From assembly GCA_041441915.1 (NCBI GenBank), contig JASDRS010000017.1, forward strand, positions 63,016-127,015: a stretch of DNA of 64,000 nucleotides, read 5' to 3'. Below are positions 19,501-28,543 of this stretch, one piece after another. Each line of letters begins with the position of its first letter. Position 1 is the first letter of the stretch. Position numbers and translations under genes: made by a program. This stretch comes from Paracoccaceae bacterium. GTDB taxonomy: Bacteria; Pseudomonadota; Alphaproteobacteria; Rhodobacterales; Rhodobacteraceae. The notes under the pieces are model-generated. The model did not search any database. It worked only from the letters and a program-made list of their open reading frames with translations, and was not told where the DNA came from.

Positions 19501-20453
19501 GCCGAAAACTGCCATTCTGTGACTTCGTGATAGGCCTGATCTGCCGCATATAGAATGGTTGGGAACTTGGGATTGTTGGGCGCGTCGGGCCAGGATTGCG
19601 CTTCTATGACTAGTGCTGAATAGGGTCGCTCAGCGTCGCGAGCGTCATAAATTTGTAAACCTGTTTGGGTAGTTGAGAGCCGCATCGCAAGGCCAGAGCT
19701 CCCCTTTAACTCCATAACCTGCCGCAGCGGTTTTTGCTCGGTTGATAAGCAAAAGTTTGTGTCAAAATTAGGTGACCTTGGTGTTAAGGCCCGCATTTTT
19801 GTAAAATCATAGTCCGATCCAACTGTTGGCACGACTTCACCTATTGGCACAACTTGATGGTCGGTGGGCAAATAGTGACTGGCCGAAATCTGCATGGAGT
19901 GCCCTGCGAAGCTGTCAGATCCGTCAAGGTTCCAATAGGAATGATTAGCAAAATTAAAGAGTGTTGGTGCATCACTTTTTGCAGTTATAGAAAGGCGCAA
20001 GCACGCGCCCTCACACAGTTCAAACCGAGCGACAATATGACGATTGCCAGGAAATCCGCCCAAACCATCGGGCAGATCAAGGGTTAGAACCGCATGGGAG
20101 CAGGTAGCTTCCTGCAACGACCAAAGTTGCATATGTGTGCCTGTGTCACCACTGTGCAGGCAGATGTCAGGCTGTTGGTTGACGGCAAGCCGCCCCCAGA
20201 TAGCAGCCTGTGCGCCACTGATACGGTTGACGACCGGACCAATGATAGGGCCGTGATAGGGCATTGATGTAAGAAAAGACTCCGGATCTGGGGGCCCTTG
20301 GGTAAGCGAATATGGAAAGTTTGCAAACCGCAAATCCTGCAAAGTAGCGCCCCATGTAAGCAGTTTAATCTGCAGGCCGTACGATTTAAGCGTAATAAGC
20401 TCAACTTCACGGCCATCGGGCAGATGGCCAAATATTTCTACTGGTTCCAACAT
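19497..20453 (-). CDS. aldose 1-epimerase family protein
   Basis: 318 aa resembling the GalM family (NHSYWNL, YxGxxLE-type C-terminal region). Confidence 0.75.
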   Translation of the reverse strand: MLEPVEIFGHLPDGREVELITLKSYGLQIKLLTWGATLQDLRFANFPYSLTQGPPDPESFLTSMPYHGPIIGPVVNRISGAQAAIWGRLAVNQQPDICLHSGDTGTHMQLWSLQEATCSHAVLTLDLPDGLGGFPGNRHIVARFELCEGACLRLSITAKSDAPTLFNFANHSYWNLDGSDSFAGHSMQISASHYLPTDHQVVPIGEVVPTVGSDYDFTKMRALTPRSPNFDTNFCLSTEQKPLRQVMELKGSSGLAMRLSTTQTGLQIYDARDAERPYSALVIEAQSWPDAPNNPKFPTILYAADQAYHEVTEWQFSA

Positions 20454-20489
20454 ATTCTACTCCGTGCGTTATGATAGCTCTAGGGTCGC

Positions 20490-21440
20490 TTACTCTTGCA
20501 AGCACGCCCGCAGATTGTGGGCCGTTTTACGCATTAGCTCCTCGTAAAGCGCAGCGCTGGGCTCTAGTCCAACACCTTCTGGGTCAAGTGGCGCACCTAT
20601 TTTAACGCCGGTTGCCATAGCCAATTGTGCGCCTAGTTTTGAATCATGGCCAATCTCAGGGAAAAAGCAAACTACCCGTTGTTTGATAAAATCTGCCCGC
20701 AACTGCGACAAATGAGCCGCGCTTGCTGATTCAGCATCTGACCCTTGGATAGCTCCAACTGAATTCAGCCCATAAGAGCTCGCAAAATAGCCAAAAGCAT
20801 CATGACTAACGACAAAACCGCGCGATTGTATGGGGGTTAAAATTTTGATCAATTCGGCATCTAGAGCGGTTAGGCGTCGGGCTGCCGCAAGGGCGTTTTT
20901 TTGATAGCTCGAGGCATGGCTGGGGTCAATCCTAGAAAGGCGCTCAGAAATAACTCCAAGCCAAATTGCTGCGTTGGTTGGGTTGAGCCAGGCATGAGGG
21001 TCGATGATACCGCTGTTTTCTGAAGCATGCTCACTCGTGTGGCCACTTTCTGAAGTATGCTCACTCGTGTGGCCACTAGCGTGGTCTCCCCGCATCAAAA
21101 AGGTGCCAGCACTTTGCAGAAGCGGAAGGCTTTGGTTTGACTTCCCGTAGGTTTCGATAACATCAGATAAAAAAGGCAACATTGCGTCACCAGTCCAAAT
21201 AATCAGATCACTTTGTGCCAGCGCACGCGCCTGAGAGGGGCGCAGCTGAAAGGAATGCGCATCCTCGTCGTTGCCCAAAAGCAAGTGCGGCTGACCTTGC
21301 TCGCCCATAACCGAAGCGACTAAGGCATAAATTGGTGCAATATCGGTGACTATACGCAGCTCTTGTGCCTGTGATTTGGCGCCCATTATTGCAGTGAAAA
21401 TTGATGTCGATAAAGTGATAGCCGTAAAAAGTCTGATCAT
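20490..21440 (-). CDS. znuA: zinc ABC transporter substrate-binding protein with His-rich loop
   Basis: It has a signal peptide (MIRLFTAITLSTSIFTAIMG), the ZnuA fold signature and the loop GDHASGHTSEHTSESGHTSEHASE. It is divergent from zur-znuCB. The start is moved to 21440. Confidence 0.9.
   Translation of the reverse strand: MIRLFTAITLSTSIFTAIMGAKSQAQELRIVTDIAPIYALVASVMGEQGQPHLLLGNDEDAHSFQLRPSQARALAQSDLIIWTGDAMLPFLSDVIETYGKSNQSLPLLQSAGTFLMRGDHASGHTSEHTSESGHTSEHASENSGIIDPHAWLNPTNAAIWLGVISERLSRIDPSHASSYQKNALAAARRLTALDAELIKILTPIQSRGFVVSHDAFGYFASSYGLNSVGAIQGSDAESASAAHLSQLRADFIKQRVVCFFPEIGHDSKLGAQLAMATGVKIGAPLDPEGVGLEPSAALYEELMRKTAHNLRACLQE
21018..21077. repeat. 2 x 30-bp tandem direct repeat inside znuA
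   Basis: TTCTGAAGCATGCTCACTCGTGTGGCCACT is followed by TTCTGAAGTATGCTCACTCGTGTGGCCACT (29 of 30 identical). It encodes the duplicated SGHTSEH(T/A)SE decapeptide. Confidence 0.9.
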
Positions 21441-21490
21441 GTATTTTCCAATCGCTAACTGAGAGCTTTCTGCTTGCACCTAAATGGTCT

Positions 21491-21533
21491 TTATGTTATA
21501 TTATAACTAACTAGATGTAACTTTATAACATGT
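21491..21533. promoter_or_regulatory. candidate Zur operator(s) in the znuA / zur-znuCB divergent region
   Basis: TTATGTTATATTATAACTAA (21491..21510) has GTTAT/ATAAC inverted arms and resembles alphaproteobacterial Zur boxes as I recall them. A second related half-site, TTATAACAT, lies at about 21522..21530. Confidence 0.5.
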
Positions 21534-22027
21534 CAAGGGTAGGAATGTCCGAAGAATCTAATATCTTTCAGGCCCATGACCATGCACATTGTGCGAAGGG
21601 TGTTTTGGCGCGAGTGCAAGTAATGGTGCTGAAAAATAAATTGCGCTTGACGCCCGTACGCCTGCGTACACTTCAGATTTTGCTCGAATCGCATCATGCC
21701 ATGGGGGCCTATGAGGTGCTTGAACGCCTTGTTGCTGAAGGCTTTGGCAATCAGCCGCCTGTTGCTTACCGCGCCCTTGAATATTTAGTCGAACAGGGCC
21801 TGGCACACAAAATCAGGAGGCTGAATGCGTTTGCGGCCTGTATGCACCCTGACATAGACCATGCGCCCGCGTTTTTGATTTGTAAAAGCTGCGATAAGGT
21901 TGCTGAAACCATGGGCAGTGTCTTTGAGCAAGCGCTGGATAAGGCAGCAAAATCACATGGGTTCGCGATTGAACGGAGTAACATCGAAGCGCTCGGCCAA
22001 TGTGGCGCCTGCCAAGGTGACGCATGA
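21530..22027 (+). CDS. zur: Fur-family zinc uptake regulator
   Basis: 165 aa with a Fur-like wHTH and CxxC pairs (CKSC, CGAC). Its end overlaps the znuC start by 4 nt. Confidence 0.85.
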   Translation: MSRVGMSEESNIFQAHDHAHCAKGVLARVQVMVLKNKLRLTPVRLRTLQILLESHHAMGAYEVLERLVAEGFGNQPPVAYRALEYLVEQGLAHKIRRLNAFAACMHPDIDHAPAFLICKSCDKVAETMGSVFEQALDKAAKSHGFAIERSNIEALGQCGACQGDA

Positions 22028-22794
22028 GTGCTCTTATTTCTGCCCAAAATGTTTGTCTGCGTTACGGCGCCACCGAAGTGCTGCATGATGTTAGCTTAGA
22101 GGTCGTGCCTGGTGAAATTTTGACGCTGCTTGGGCCAAATGGATCGGGAAAATCAAGCCTTTTGAGGGCCCTTATTGGCATATTGCCCGTTGCCAAAGGA
22201 AAAATCACCCGCTCCGCTGGCCTGCGTATTGGCTATGTACCGCAAAAGCTGGCTATTGACCGTTCGTTACCGATGAGTGTGGCGCGGTTTTTGTCTTTGC
22301 CCGACTGGCACCAACCTCAAGATATAGCAATCGCATTGGTGCGTGTTGGGCTTGGGGATATCGCAAATCATCCAATTCAGGGGCTATCGGGTGGACAATT
22401 TCAGCGCGTTTTGTTGGCGCGTGCCATGCTCACACGGCCCAATATTTTGATTTTAGACGAACCAACCCAAGGGCTTGACCAGCGAGGCGCGGCTGGGTTT
22501 TACCAATTGATCGAAGAGTTGCGTACCCAAACGGGGGTGGGAATTTTAATGGTCAGTCATGATTTGCACGTGGTCATGTCGGCATCAGACCGCGTGATCT
22601 GCCTAAATGGTCATATTTGTTGCCAAGGCACACCCTTGGTCGTGTCCCATGCGCCTGAATATCGCGCGCTGTTTGGATTGGGCACCATGGGCGCTTTGGC
22701 GCTTTACCAGCATGATCACGATCACGATCATGACCATGGTTCAGCGCATGATCACCACCACTACCATAATAAAGCGGATCATGATCATGGATGA
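22024..22794 (+). CDS. znuC: zinc ABC transporter ATP-binding protein with His/Asp-rich C-terminal tail
   Basis: It has Walker A GPNGSGKSS, signature LSGGQ and Walker B ILILDEP. The tail is HDHDHDHDHGSAHDHHHYHNKADHDHG. Confidence 0.9.
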   Translation: MSALISAQNVCLRYGATEVLHDVSLEVVPGEILTLLGPNGSGKSSLLRALIGILPVAKGKITRSAGLRIGYVPQKLAIDRSLPMSVARFLSLPDWHQPQDIAIALVRVGLGDIANHPIQGLSGGQFQRVLLARAMLTRPNILILDEPTQGLDQRGAAGFYQLIEELRTQTGVGILMVSHDLHVVMSASDRVICLNGHICCQGTPLVVSHAPEYRALFGLGTMGALALYQHDHDHDHDHGSAHDHHHYHNKADHDHG

Positions 22795-23581
22795 TTTTTT
22801 GCTGCGTGCCGCTTTGGCGGGAATTGGCCTAGCATTAGCTGCTGGCCCCTTGGGGACCTTTGTTGTGTGGCGGCGGATGGCCTATTTTGGGGACGCGACT
22901 TCGCACGCCGCAATATTGGGCGTGGCACTCGCGCTGGCCTTTGATTTACCAATTGGGTTTGGTACCTTGTTCATCGGGCTATTGATGGCAGTCACCGTGT
23001 CAACACTGGCCGCTCGCGGATGGGCGATGGACACGACTTTGGGTGTTGTGGCCCATTCAGCTTTGGCTTTTGGTCTTGTGGCCGTGAGCTTTTTGCAAGG
23101 TGTGCGGGTTGATCTTTCGGCCTATTTATTTGGTGATATTTTAGCTGTATCGAGCTATGATCTGGGTATGATCTGGTTGGGGTCTTTAGCTGTTGTTTTG
23201 CTTTTGATCTGGCGCTGGTCTGGGCTTTTGATGTCGACTGTAAGTGAAGATTTGGCCTATGCATCTGGTTATAAACCTGATTTTGAACGTTTAATTCTGA
23301 CTTTGGCCTTGGCCTTGACTGTGGCTTTGGCGCTTAAAATCGTGGGGGCACTTTTGATCGGGGCTATGTTGATCATTCCTGCCGCCGCTGCGCGCAACCT
23401 GTCGCGTACCCCCGAAGGCATGGCCATTGGTGCTGCAATTTTGGGTGGCCTTTCGGCGCTTTGTGGGCTTATGGGGTCGTTTTCCTTTGATACGCCAGCG
23501 GGGCCCTCGATCGTGGCCACAGCTGCGGTGATGTTTGTACTTTGCACATTGGTAGGAAAAACCGCCTTGGGGCGTGTTTGA
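22787..23581 (+). CDS. znuB: zinc ABC transporter permease
   Basis: The start is moved to MDDFLLRAALAG, overlapping the znuC stop by 8 nt. The upstream part of the ORF-track ORF is an alternate-frame reading of the His-rich codons. Confidence 0.9.
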   Translation: MDDFLLRAALAGIGLALAAGPLGTFVVWRRMAYFGDATSHAAILGVALALAFDLPIGFGTLFIGLLMAVTVSTLAARGWAMDTTLGVVAHSALAFGLVAVSFLQGVRVDLSAYLFGDILAVSSYDLGMIWLGSLAVVLLLIWRWSGLLMSTVSEDLAYASGYKPDFERLILTLALALTVALALKIVGALLIGAMLIIPAAAARNLSRTPEGMAIGAAILGGLSALCGLMGSFSFDTPAGPSIVATAAVMFVLCTLVGKTALGRV

Positions 23582-23698
23582 GTGGTATAATATAAAGCTT
23601 GAGCGAAAAAATGTCGTTTTTGGACCGCAAAGGTCGGGCTATATTGCTCATCGTGTTGGTTTTTTGTCATGAAGAGATATTAGGCAGAGGAGACCCCA

Positions 23699-26194
23699 AT
23701 GAAGACCCACGTTAAAGCACTCGTTGTAGGTGGTGGTGCCGTTGGAACTGGTATTGCCTATCATCTGGCTAAGGCCAGATGGGACACGATGCTTGTTGAG
23801 CGCGACGAACTGACCGCTGGCTCGACATGGCATGCGGCAGGGCTTTTGCCCCTGTTTAATATGGGCTATGCCACTACCCACATTCACAAATATTCGGTTG
23901 ATTTCTACAAAAATCTTGAAGCCGAAACGGGCCTAAATCCTGGTTTCTATGTTGTGGGAAATTTGCGGATGGCGCAAACAGACGCGCGGATGGATGAATA
24001 TATGCTTTACTCTTCGGTCGCAGAAACGGCTGATGTTTATCATGAATTCATGACGCCCGCGCAGATCAAAGAGCGTTGGCCTTTGCTGCGTACTGAGGAT
24101 TTAAAAGGCGCGATCTTCCATCCACAAGACGGCTATATCAATCCTGCCGATGTCACTCAGGCGATGGCCAAAGGTGCGCGCCAATTCGGCGCTACGTTTG
24201 AACGCAAAATTCAAGTAAATGGTTATAAATGGACAGGTACTGAATGGATTGTGACCTGTGCGCGTATGGTTGAGCAGGGTGGTAATTTAATTCCATCGGA
24301 TGAGACATTTGAAATTCACGCAGAACATGTTGTGACTGCCACGGGAAATCATGCCCAACGCACGGCACGTCTTTTGGGACTGAAAATTCCTGCCATTCCA
24401 GTTGAGCACCAATATATTGTGACTGAGCCTGATCCGACGTTAGTCGAATGGCGCAAAACCAATGAACAGCACCCTGTTTTACGCGATGCGGATGCAAAAT
24501 GGTATGTGCGCGAAGAACGTGGTGGTTGGATCCTCGGCCCATATGAAAAGAACGCGCCAGCGCGCTTTTTATATGAAGTGCCTCACAGCTTCAGGGCGGA
24601 CCTTTTCCCTTTAGACCTGGAACGGATTGAAGTGGAATATATGTCGATGATCCATCGTCTGCCCTCGTCTGAAACTGTGGGTTTGAAAGATGATTTTAAC
24701 GGCCCCATTTGCTATACGCCAGACGGGAACCCCTTGGTTGGCCCCGCACCCGGTTTGCGTAACATGTGGCTGGCCGAAGGCTTTAGCTTTGGCATCACTG
24801 CCGCAGGCGGTGTGGGCTATTATTTGGCCCAACTGATGGTCAATGGCGAGGCCGAGATTGATATGGCCTCGCTTGATCCCAAACGCTTTGGCAATTGGAT
24901 GACCACCGAATACGCTGCGCGCAAAAATGAAGAATGCTATGATCATGTGTATGTTTTGCACCATCCTGATGAAGAGCGCCCTGCCTGTCGCCCATTGCGC
25001 ACCACTCCCGTTTATGACCGCCAGATCGCGCTCGGCGCGCAAATGGGTCAAGTAAACGGGTGGGAGCGACCCAATTATTATGGGCCAATAGACGCGCCCA
25101 GCAATTTTGACGATGACAGTCGCAGCTTCCGCCGTGGTAGATGGTGGGACTATGCTGTCACCGAAGCCACAGCCCTACGCGACACAGCCGGTTTGGTAGA
25201 CGCGTCTGCTTTTACCAAACATATTGTGCGCGGAGTGGGAGCTACAGCCTTTTTGGACTGGTTTACCTGTAATAAACTGCCCTCAATCGGTCGTATTAAC
25301 CTAACCTATGCGCTTACAAGCGTGGGAACGACGCGTACGGAATATACGATCGTGCGCAATGGCGAAAATGACTATTATCTTGTGTCCGCTGGTGCTTGGA
25401 CGTCTTATGACGTTGATTTTATGCGCAAAGCCGCCGAAGATATGGCTCATAAATTTGGCCATATCGAAATTCATGACGTGACTAATCAATGGGGTGTTTT
25501 TGCCATTGCGGGCCCTAATTCGAGGGCTATTTTGCAAAATTTGATCAAAGATGCCGATCCAGAAACGGCGCTGTGCAATAAACGTTTTCCATGGCTTTCG
25601 GCACGTAAAATTGAACTTGGCATGTGCCCCGTAAACGCCATTCGTGTGGCCTATACTGGCGAATTGGGATGGGAATTGCACCATCCGATCGAAATGCAGC
25701 GTTATCTGTGGGATCAACTGATGGTTGCGGGGGCTGGGCAGGGGCTCAAGCTGGTGGGCGCGCGGGCGCAAAACTGGTTGCGGCAAGAAAAATCCTATCG
25801 CGCCTTTGGCACCGAACTTGGCCGTGATGCGACGCCGCTTGAAGCGGGCTTGCACCGCTTTGTAGATCTTTCCAAAGAGTTCAATGGTAAGGAAGCTATG
25901 CTGGCTACGGGCATTCGTTCGAAATGCGTAACTTTGCTGATTGATGGCCCCAAAGATTGCGATCCGTGGGGCAGAGAGGCCCTTGTGGTGAGCGGAGAAA
26001 AGATTGGCCGTTTGACTTCGGGTGGTTGGTCCGTTGCTTTTGGCAAGCAAATTGGCATGGGCTATGTGCGCCCTGAATTGGCGGCCGTGGGCACTGAAAT
26101 GCAAGTGCGTATTATGCGTGAACTGTGGAATGCTAAAGTTGTAGAAGATAGCCCATTTGACACAAGCAACGCACGTATTCGGATTGATGGCTAG
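23699..26194 (+). CDS. dmgdh: dimethylglycine/sarcosine dehydrogenase family protein (FAD oxidoreductase + GcvT folate-binding domain)
   Basis: 831 aa with an N-terminal VVGGGAVG dinucleotide-binding motif, a DAO domain and a C-terminal aminomethyltransferase-like domain. A GAGGAG RBS precedes the start. Confidence 0.8.
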   Translation: MKTHVKALVVGGGAVGTGIAYHLAKARWDTMLVERDELTAGSTWHAAGLLPLFNMGYATTHIHKYSVDFYKNLEAETGLNPGFYVVGNLRMAQTDARMDEYMLYSSVAETADVYHEFMTPAQIKERWPLLRTEDLKGAIFHPQDGYINPADVTQAMAKGARQFGATFERKIQVNGYKWTGTEWIVTCARMVEQGGNLIPSDETFEIHAEHVVTATGNHAQRTARLLGLKIPAIPVEHQYIVTEPDPTLVEWRKTNEQHPVLRDADAKWYVREERGGWILGPYEKNAPARFLYEVPHSFRADLFPLDLERIEVEYMSMIHRLPSSETVGLKDDFNGPICYTPDGNPLVGPAPGLRNMWLAEGFSFGITAAGGVGYYLAQLMVNGEAEIDMASLDPKRFGNWMTTEYAARKNEECYDHVYVLHHPDEERPACRPLRTTPVYDRQIALGAQMGQVNGWERPNYYGPIDAPSNFDDDSRSFRRGRWWDYAVTEATALRDTAGLVDASAFTKHIVRGVGATAFLDWFTCNKLPSIGRINLTYALTSVGTTRTEYTIVRNGENDYYLVSAGAWTSYDVDFMRKAAEDMAHKFGHIEIHDVTNQWGVFAIAGPNSRAILQNLIKDADPETALCNKRFPWLSARKIELGMCPVNAIRVAYTGELGWELHHPIEMQRYLWDQLMVAGAGQGLKLVGARAQNWLRQEKSYRAFGTELGRDATPLEAGLHRFVDLSKEFNGKEAMLATGIRSKCVTLLIDGPKDCDPWGREALVVSGEKIGRLTSGGWSVAFGKQIGMGYVRPELAAVGTEMQVRIMRELWNAKVVEDSPFDTSNARIRIDG

Positions 26195-26227
26195 GCCTTA
26201 GGCCAGTTCAAAATTAGAGCCGCCGCG

Positions 26228-27304
26228 TTACAAAAACCGCCCCGGTGAAAGTTTCATGATTAAGAGCCGCGATAAATTTGATGGCTGCCAGGTGATTAGG
26301 TTAAACGCTAATTCACTGGCCGCGGGCGAGGTTTGAAATCCATATCCGCCCTGACCCGCAAGCCAAAAGAAATTTGGCTGCATCAAGTCATGCCCAATCA
26401 CTGGCACATGGTCCGGAGTAAAACTACGCAAGCCCGCCCAATTGGCCAGCATGCGTGTGACGGGTGTGGTGACCATGGCCTCATAGCGTGAAAGCCCTTC
26501 TGCTAAGACCATATCATCGGCCCATGCATCTTGTGGTTCAACCAGATCCGCATCGGCGGGCGACACGATAAGCGCTCTCGCATCAGGCTTTGCATACCAT
26601 GTTTCTCCTGCACCAAACATCATGGGCCATTGGCTAATATCTAAACTTTCAGGCGCTGGAATGCGTGCCACTGAGCGGCGCAGTGGCTGCAAGCCGATCG
26701 GGCGAAGGCCGGCCATTTCAGCCACTTGATCAGCCCAAGCGCCTGCAGCGTTGACGAGTAGTTTTGCTGTATAGGTCTCTTGGCCTGCATGAATGCTCCA
26801 GCCACCATCAATTTCAGTAATCTTGGTGACTGCCGTTTTTGTAACGATAGTACCACCTGATATACGAAGATTTGTGGTATGAACCTGCAGCAATAAGTCT
26901 GTGTCAATATCCCAGGCATGGTTAGAACTAGCGACGCGGTGCACAGCTTTCGGGTTTAGGATTGGTATTATTTTGCAAGCCTCAAGCACGGAGATTTCTT
27001 GCAACTTCATCACTTGAACTTCAGCGTCAAAGACGTCGTCCTGCCCCTGTGTGGCTAGCGACATTACCCCTCTCGGAGAAAGAATACCCGACATTGCATG
27101 AAAAGCACTCGACGATGCATCTGAAAGCTCTACAATTTCGGGTGGGCCATAATTGGGTTCATATAGGGCAGCCGAACGCCCTGACGCATGATACCCAAGA
27201 GCTTCTTCGCGCTCTATCAGCATAAGTCGACCGGTAGCAGCTAGTTTGGCCCCTAACGATAGCCCAGCAATGCCACCACCGATGATAATGTAGTCAAAAT
27301 CCAT
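26228..27304 (-). CDS. FAD-dependent oxidoreductase (DAO family)
   Basis: 358 aa with N-terminal DYIIIGGGIAGLS. The specific substrate cannot be called from the sequence. Confidence 0.7.
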   Translation of the reverse strand: MDFDYIIIGGGIAGLSLGAKLAATGRLMLIEREEALGYHASGRSAALYEPNYGPPEIVELSDASSSAFHAMSGILSPRGVMSLATQGQDDVFDAEVQVMKLQEISVLEACKIIPILNPKAVHRVASSNHAWDIDTDLLLQVHTTNLRISGGTIVTKTAVTKITEIDGGWSIHAGQETYTAKLLVNAAGAWADQVAEMAGLRPIGLQPLRRSVARIPAPESLDISQWPMMFGAGETWYAKPDARALIVSPADADLVEPQDAWADDMVLAEGLSRYEAMVTTPVTRMLANWAGLRSFTPDHVPVIGHDLMQPNFFWLAGQGGYGFQTSPAASELAFNLITWQPSNLSRLLIMKLSPGRFL

Positions 27305-27365
27305 GCCTCAGATTGCCACGCTATCTGCATAAGGGAAAGGGGCATTTTTGAGTTTATTTGCGCAT

Positions 27366-27394
27366 ATAAAAAGGCCCACCAAAGGGCGGGCCTA
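27366..27394 (-). terminator. Rho-independent terminator ending the xdh-ABC operon
   Basis: On the minus strand, the hairpin AGGCCCGCCC-TTTG-GTGGGCCT is followed by TTTTTAT. Confidence 0.6.
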
Positions 27395-27415
27395 TAAACA
27401 TTTATATGTTAAGTT

Positions 27416-28495
27416 TTAAGACGGGATATCGCCTTTGACGCCTTCTACGTAAAAGTCCATTGCGCCCAAAGCACCGTCATCGGCTACTTCTCCGGCTGCA
27501 AGCCACGGTGAGCCGTCTTGCTTGTTAAGTGGTCCCGTGAATGGATGATAAGCCCCAGATGAAATCGAGTCGCGCAGTGCTTCTGCTTCAACTTTAATAC
27601 GGATTGGGACCGCAGACGAAATTTCTCCAATACCAACCATACCTTTATCAATACCATCCCAAGTGAACACACTGGCCCAGGAGTTATCGATAAGAGCTTG
27701 GATACGCTCTTTGTAATATGGGGTCCAATTGTCGATAATTGAGGAAATGCGCGGTGTTGGGCCAAATTGCGCCATATCTGCCGCTTGACCAAATCCGAGA
27801 GCGCCGGCTTTCTTCAAAGTTGCTAGTGGTGCAGTCGAATCAGTGTGGGCAAGAACCACGTCAACGCCTTGGTCAATTAGTGCTTGTGTGGCGTCAGCTT
27901 CTTTTGCCGGATCAAACCAAGTGAAGGCCCAGACCACAGAGAGTTCGACGTTTGGATTGGCTTTGCGGGCATGAATGAAGGTTGAATTGATGCCACGGAT
28001 CACTTCTGGAATTGGGAAGGAACCGATGTATCCAATTTTGTTGGTTTTGGTCATTTTACCAGCTAGGAAGCCTGTTACGGCGCGGCCTTCATAAAAACGG
28101 GCCCCATAAACTGACAGGTTGTCAGCAGTTTTGTAGCCAGTAGCGTGTTCAAATTTTACATTGGGGAACTTAGCCGCAACATTAACAGTTGGGTCCATAT
28201 ACCCAAAGGATGTTGTGAATATTAGTTTGCATCCTGATAGTGCCATTTGTGTCATTACGCGCTCAGCATCGGCACCCTCTGGTACACTCTCTTGATATAC
28301 AAACTCCACTTGATCACCAAAGCTTGCGGTAGCTTCAACGGCCGCTTCGTGGTGATATTGTGTCCAGCCACCATCATTGATCGGGCCAACATAAATAAAG
28401 CCAACTTTGACTTTTTCTTTGGCTAGAGCTGCATTTCCGATAGCAGAGAGGCCTAGGCCAAATGCTGCTGTAGATAAAAGTGTTCTGCGATCCAT
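27416..28495 (-). CDS. BMP-family (PnrA/Med-like) ABC transporter substrate-binding protein, probable purine/nucleoside binding
   Basis: 359 aa with a Tat/Sec-like signal (MDRRTLLSTAAFGLGLSAIGNAALA) and resemblance to the BMP family. It follows the matching permeases. Confidence 0.85.
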   Translation of the reverse strand: MDRRTLLSTAAFGLGLSAIGNAALAKEKVKVGFIYVGPINDGGWTQYHHEAAVEATASFGDQVEFVYQESVPEGADAERVMTQMALSGCKLIFTTSFGYMDPTVNVAAKFPNVKFEHATGYKTADNLSVYGARFYEGRAVTGFLAGKMTKTNKIGYIGSFPIPEVIRGINSTFIHARKANPNVELSVVWAFTWFDPAKEADATQALIDQGVDVVLAHTDSTAPLATLKKAGALGFGQAADMAQFGPTPRISSIIDNWTPYYKERIQALIDNSWASVFTWDGIDKGMVGIGEISSAVPIRIKVEAEALRDSISSGAYHPFTGPLNKQDGSPWLAAGEVADDGALGAMDFYVEGVKGDIPS

Positions 28496-28543
28496 TTAAT
28501 AACTCCTGATGTTAAGGTACTAGACCCTATTAAAAAATTAACC

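Noticed and set aside
22607-22786. N-terminal 60 aa of the ORF-track znuB ORF (…MITITIMTMVQRMITTTTIIKRIMIM)
   Set aside because: It is an alternate-frame reading of the znuC 3' end, including its His/Asp-rich tract. The real znuB start is ATG 22787. Similar spurious N-terminal extensions were trimmed for thiB (3043), thiQ (5578), petC (7310), hutG-like (10527), GAPDH-like (11374), znuA (21479), slyX (41712), hisS (41668), clpA (58054), gloB (59037) and atpH (59969).
25301-26104. 267-aa minus-strand ORF inside the dimethylglycine dehydrogenase gene
   Set aside because: It is a shadow ORF antisense to a well-supported 831-aa gene. Its composition is Arg/His-rich and it has no motifs.
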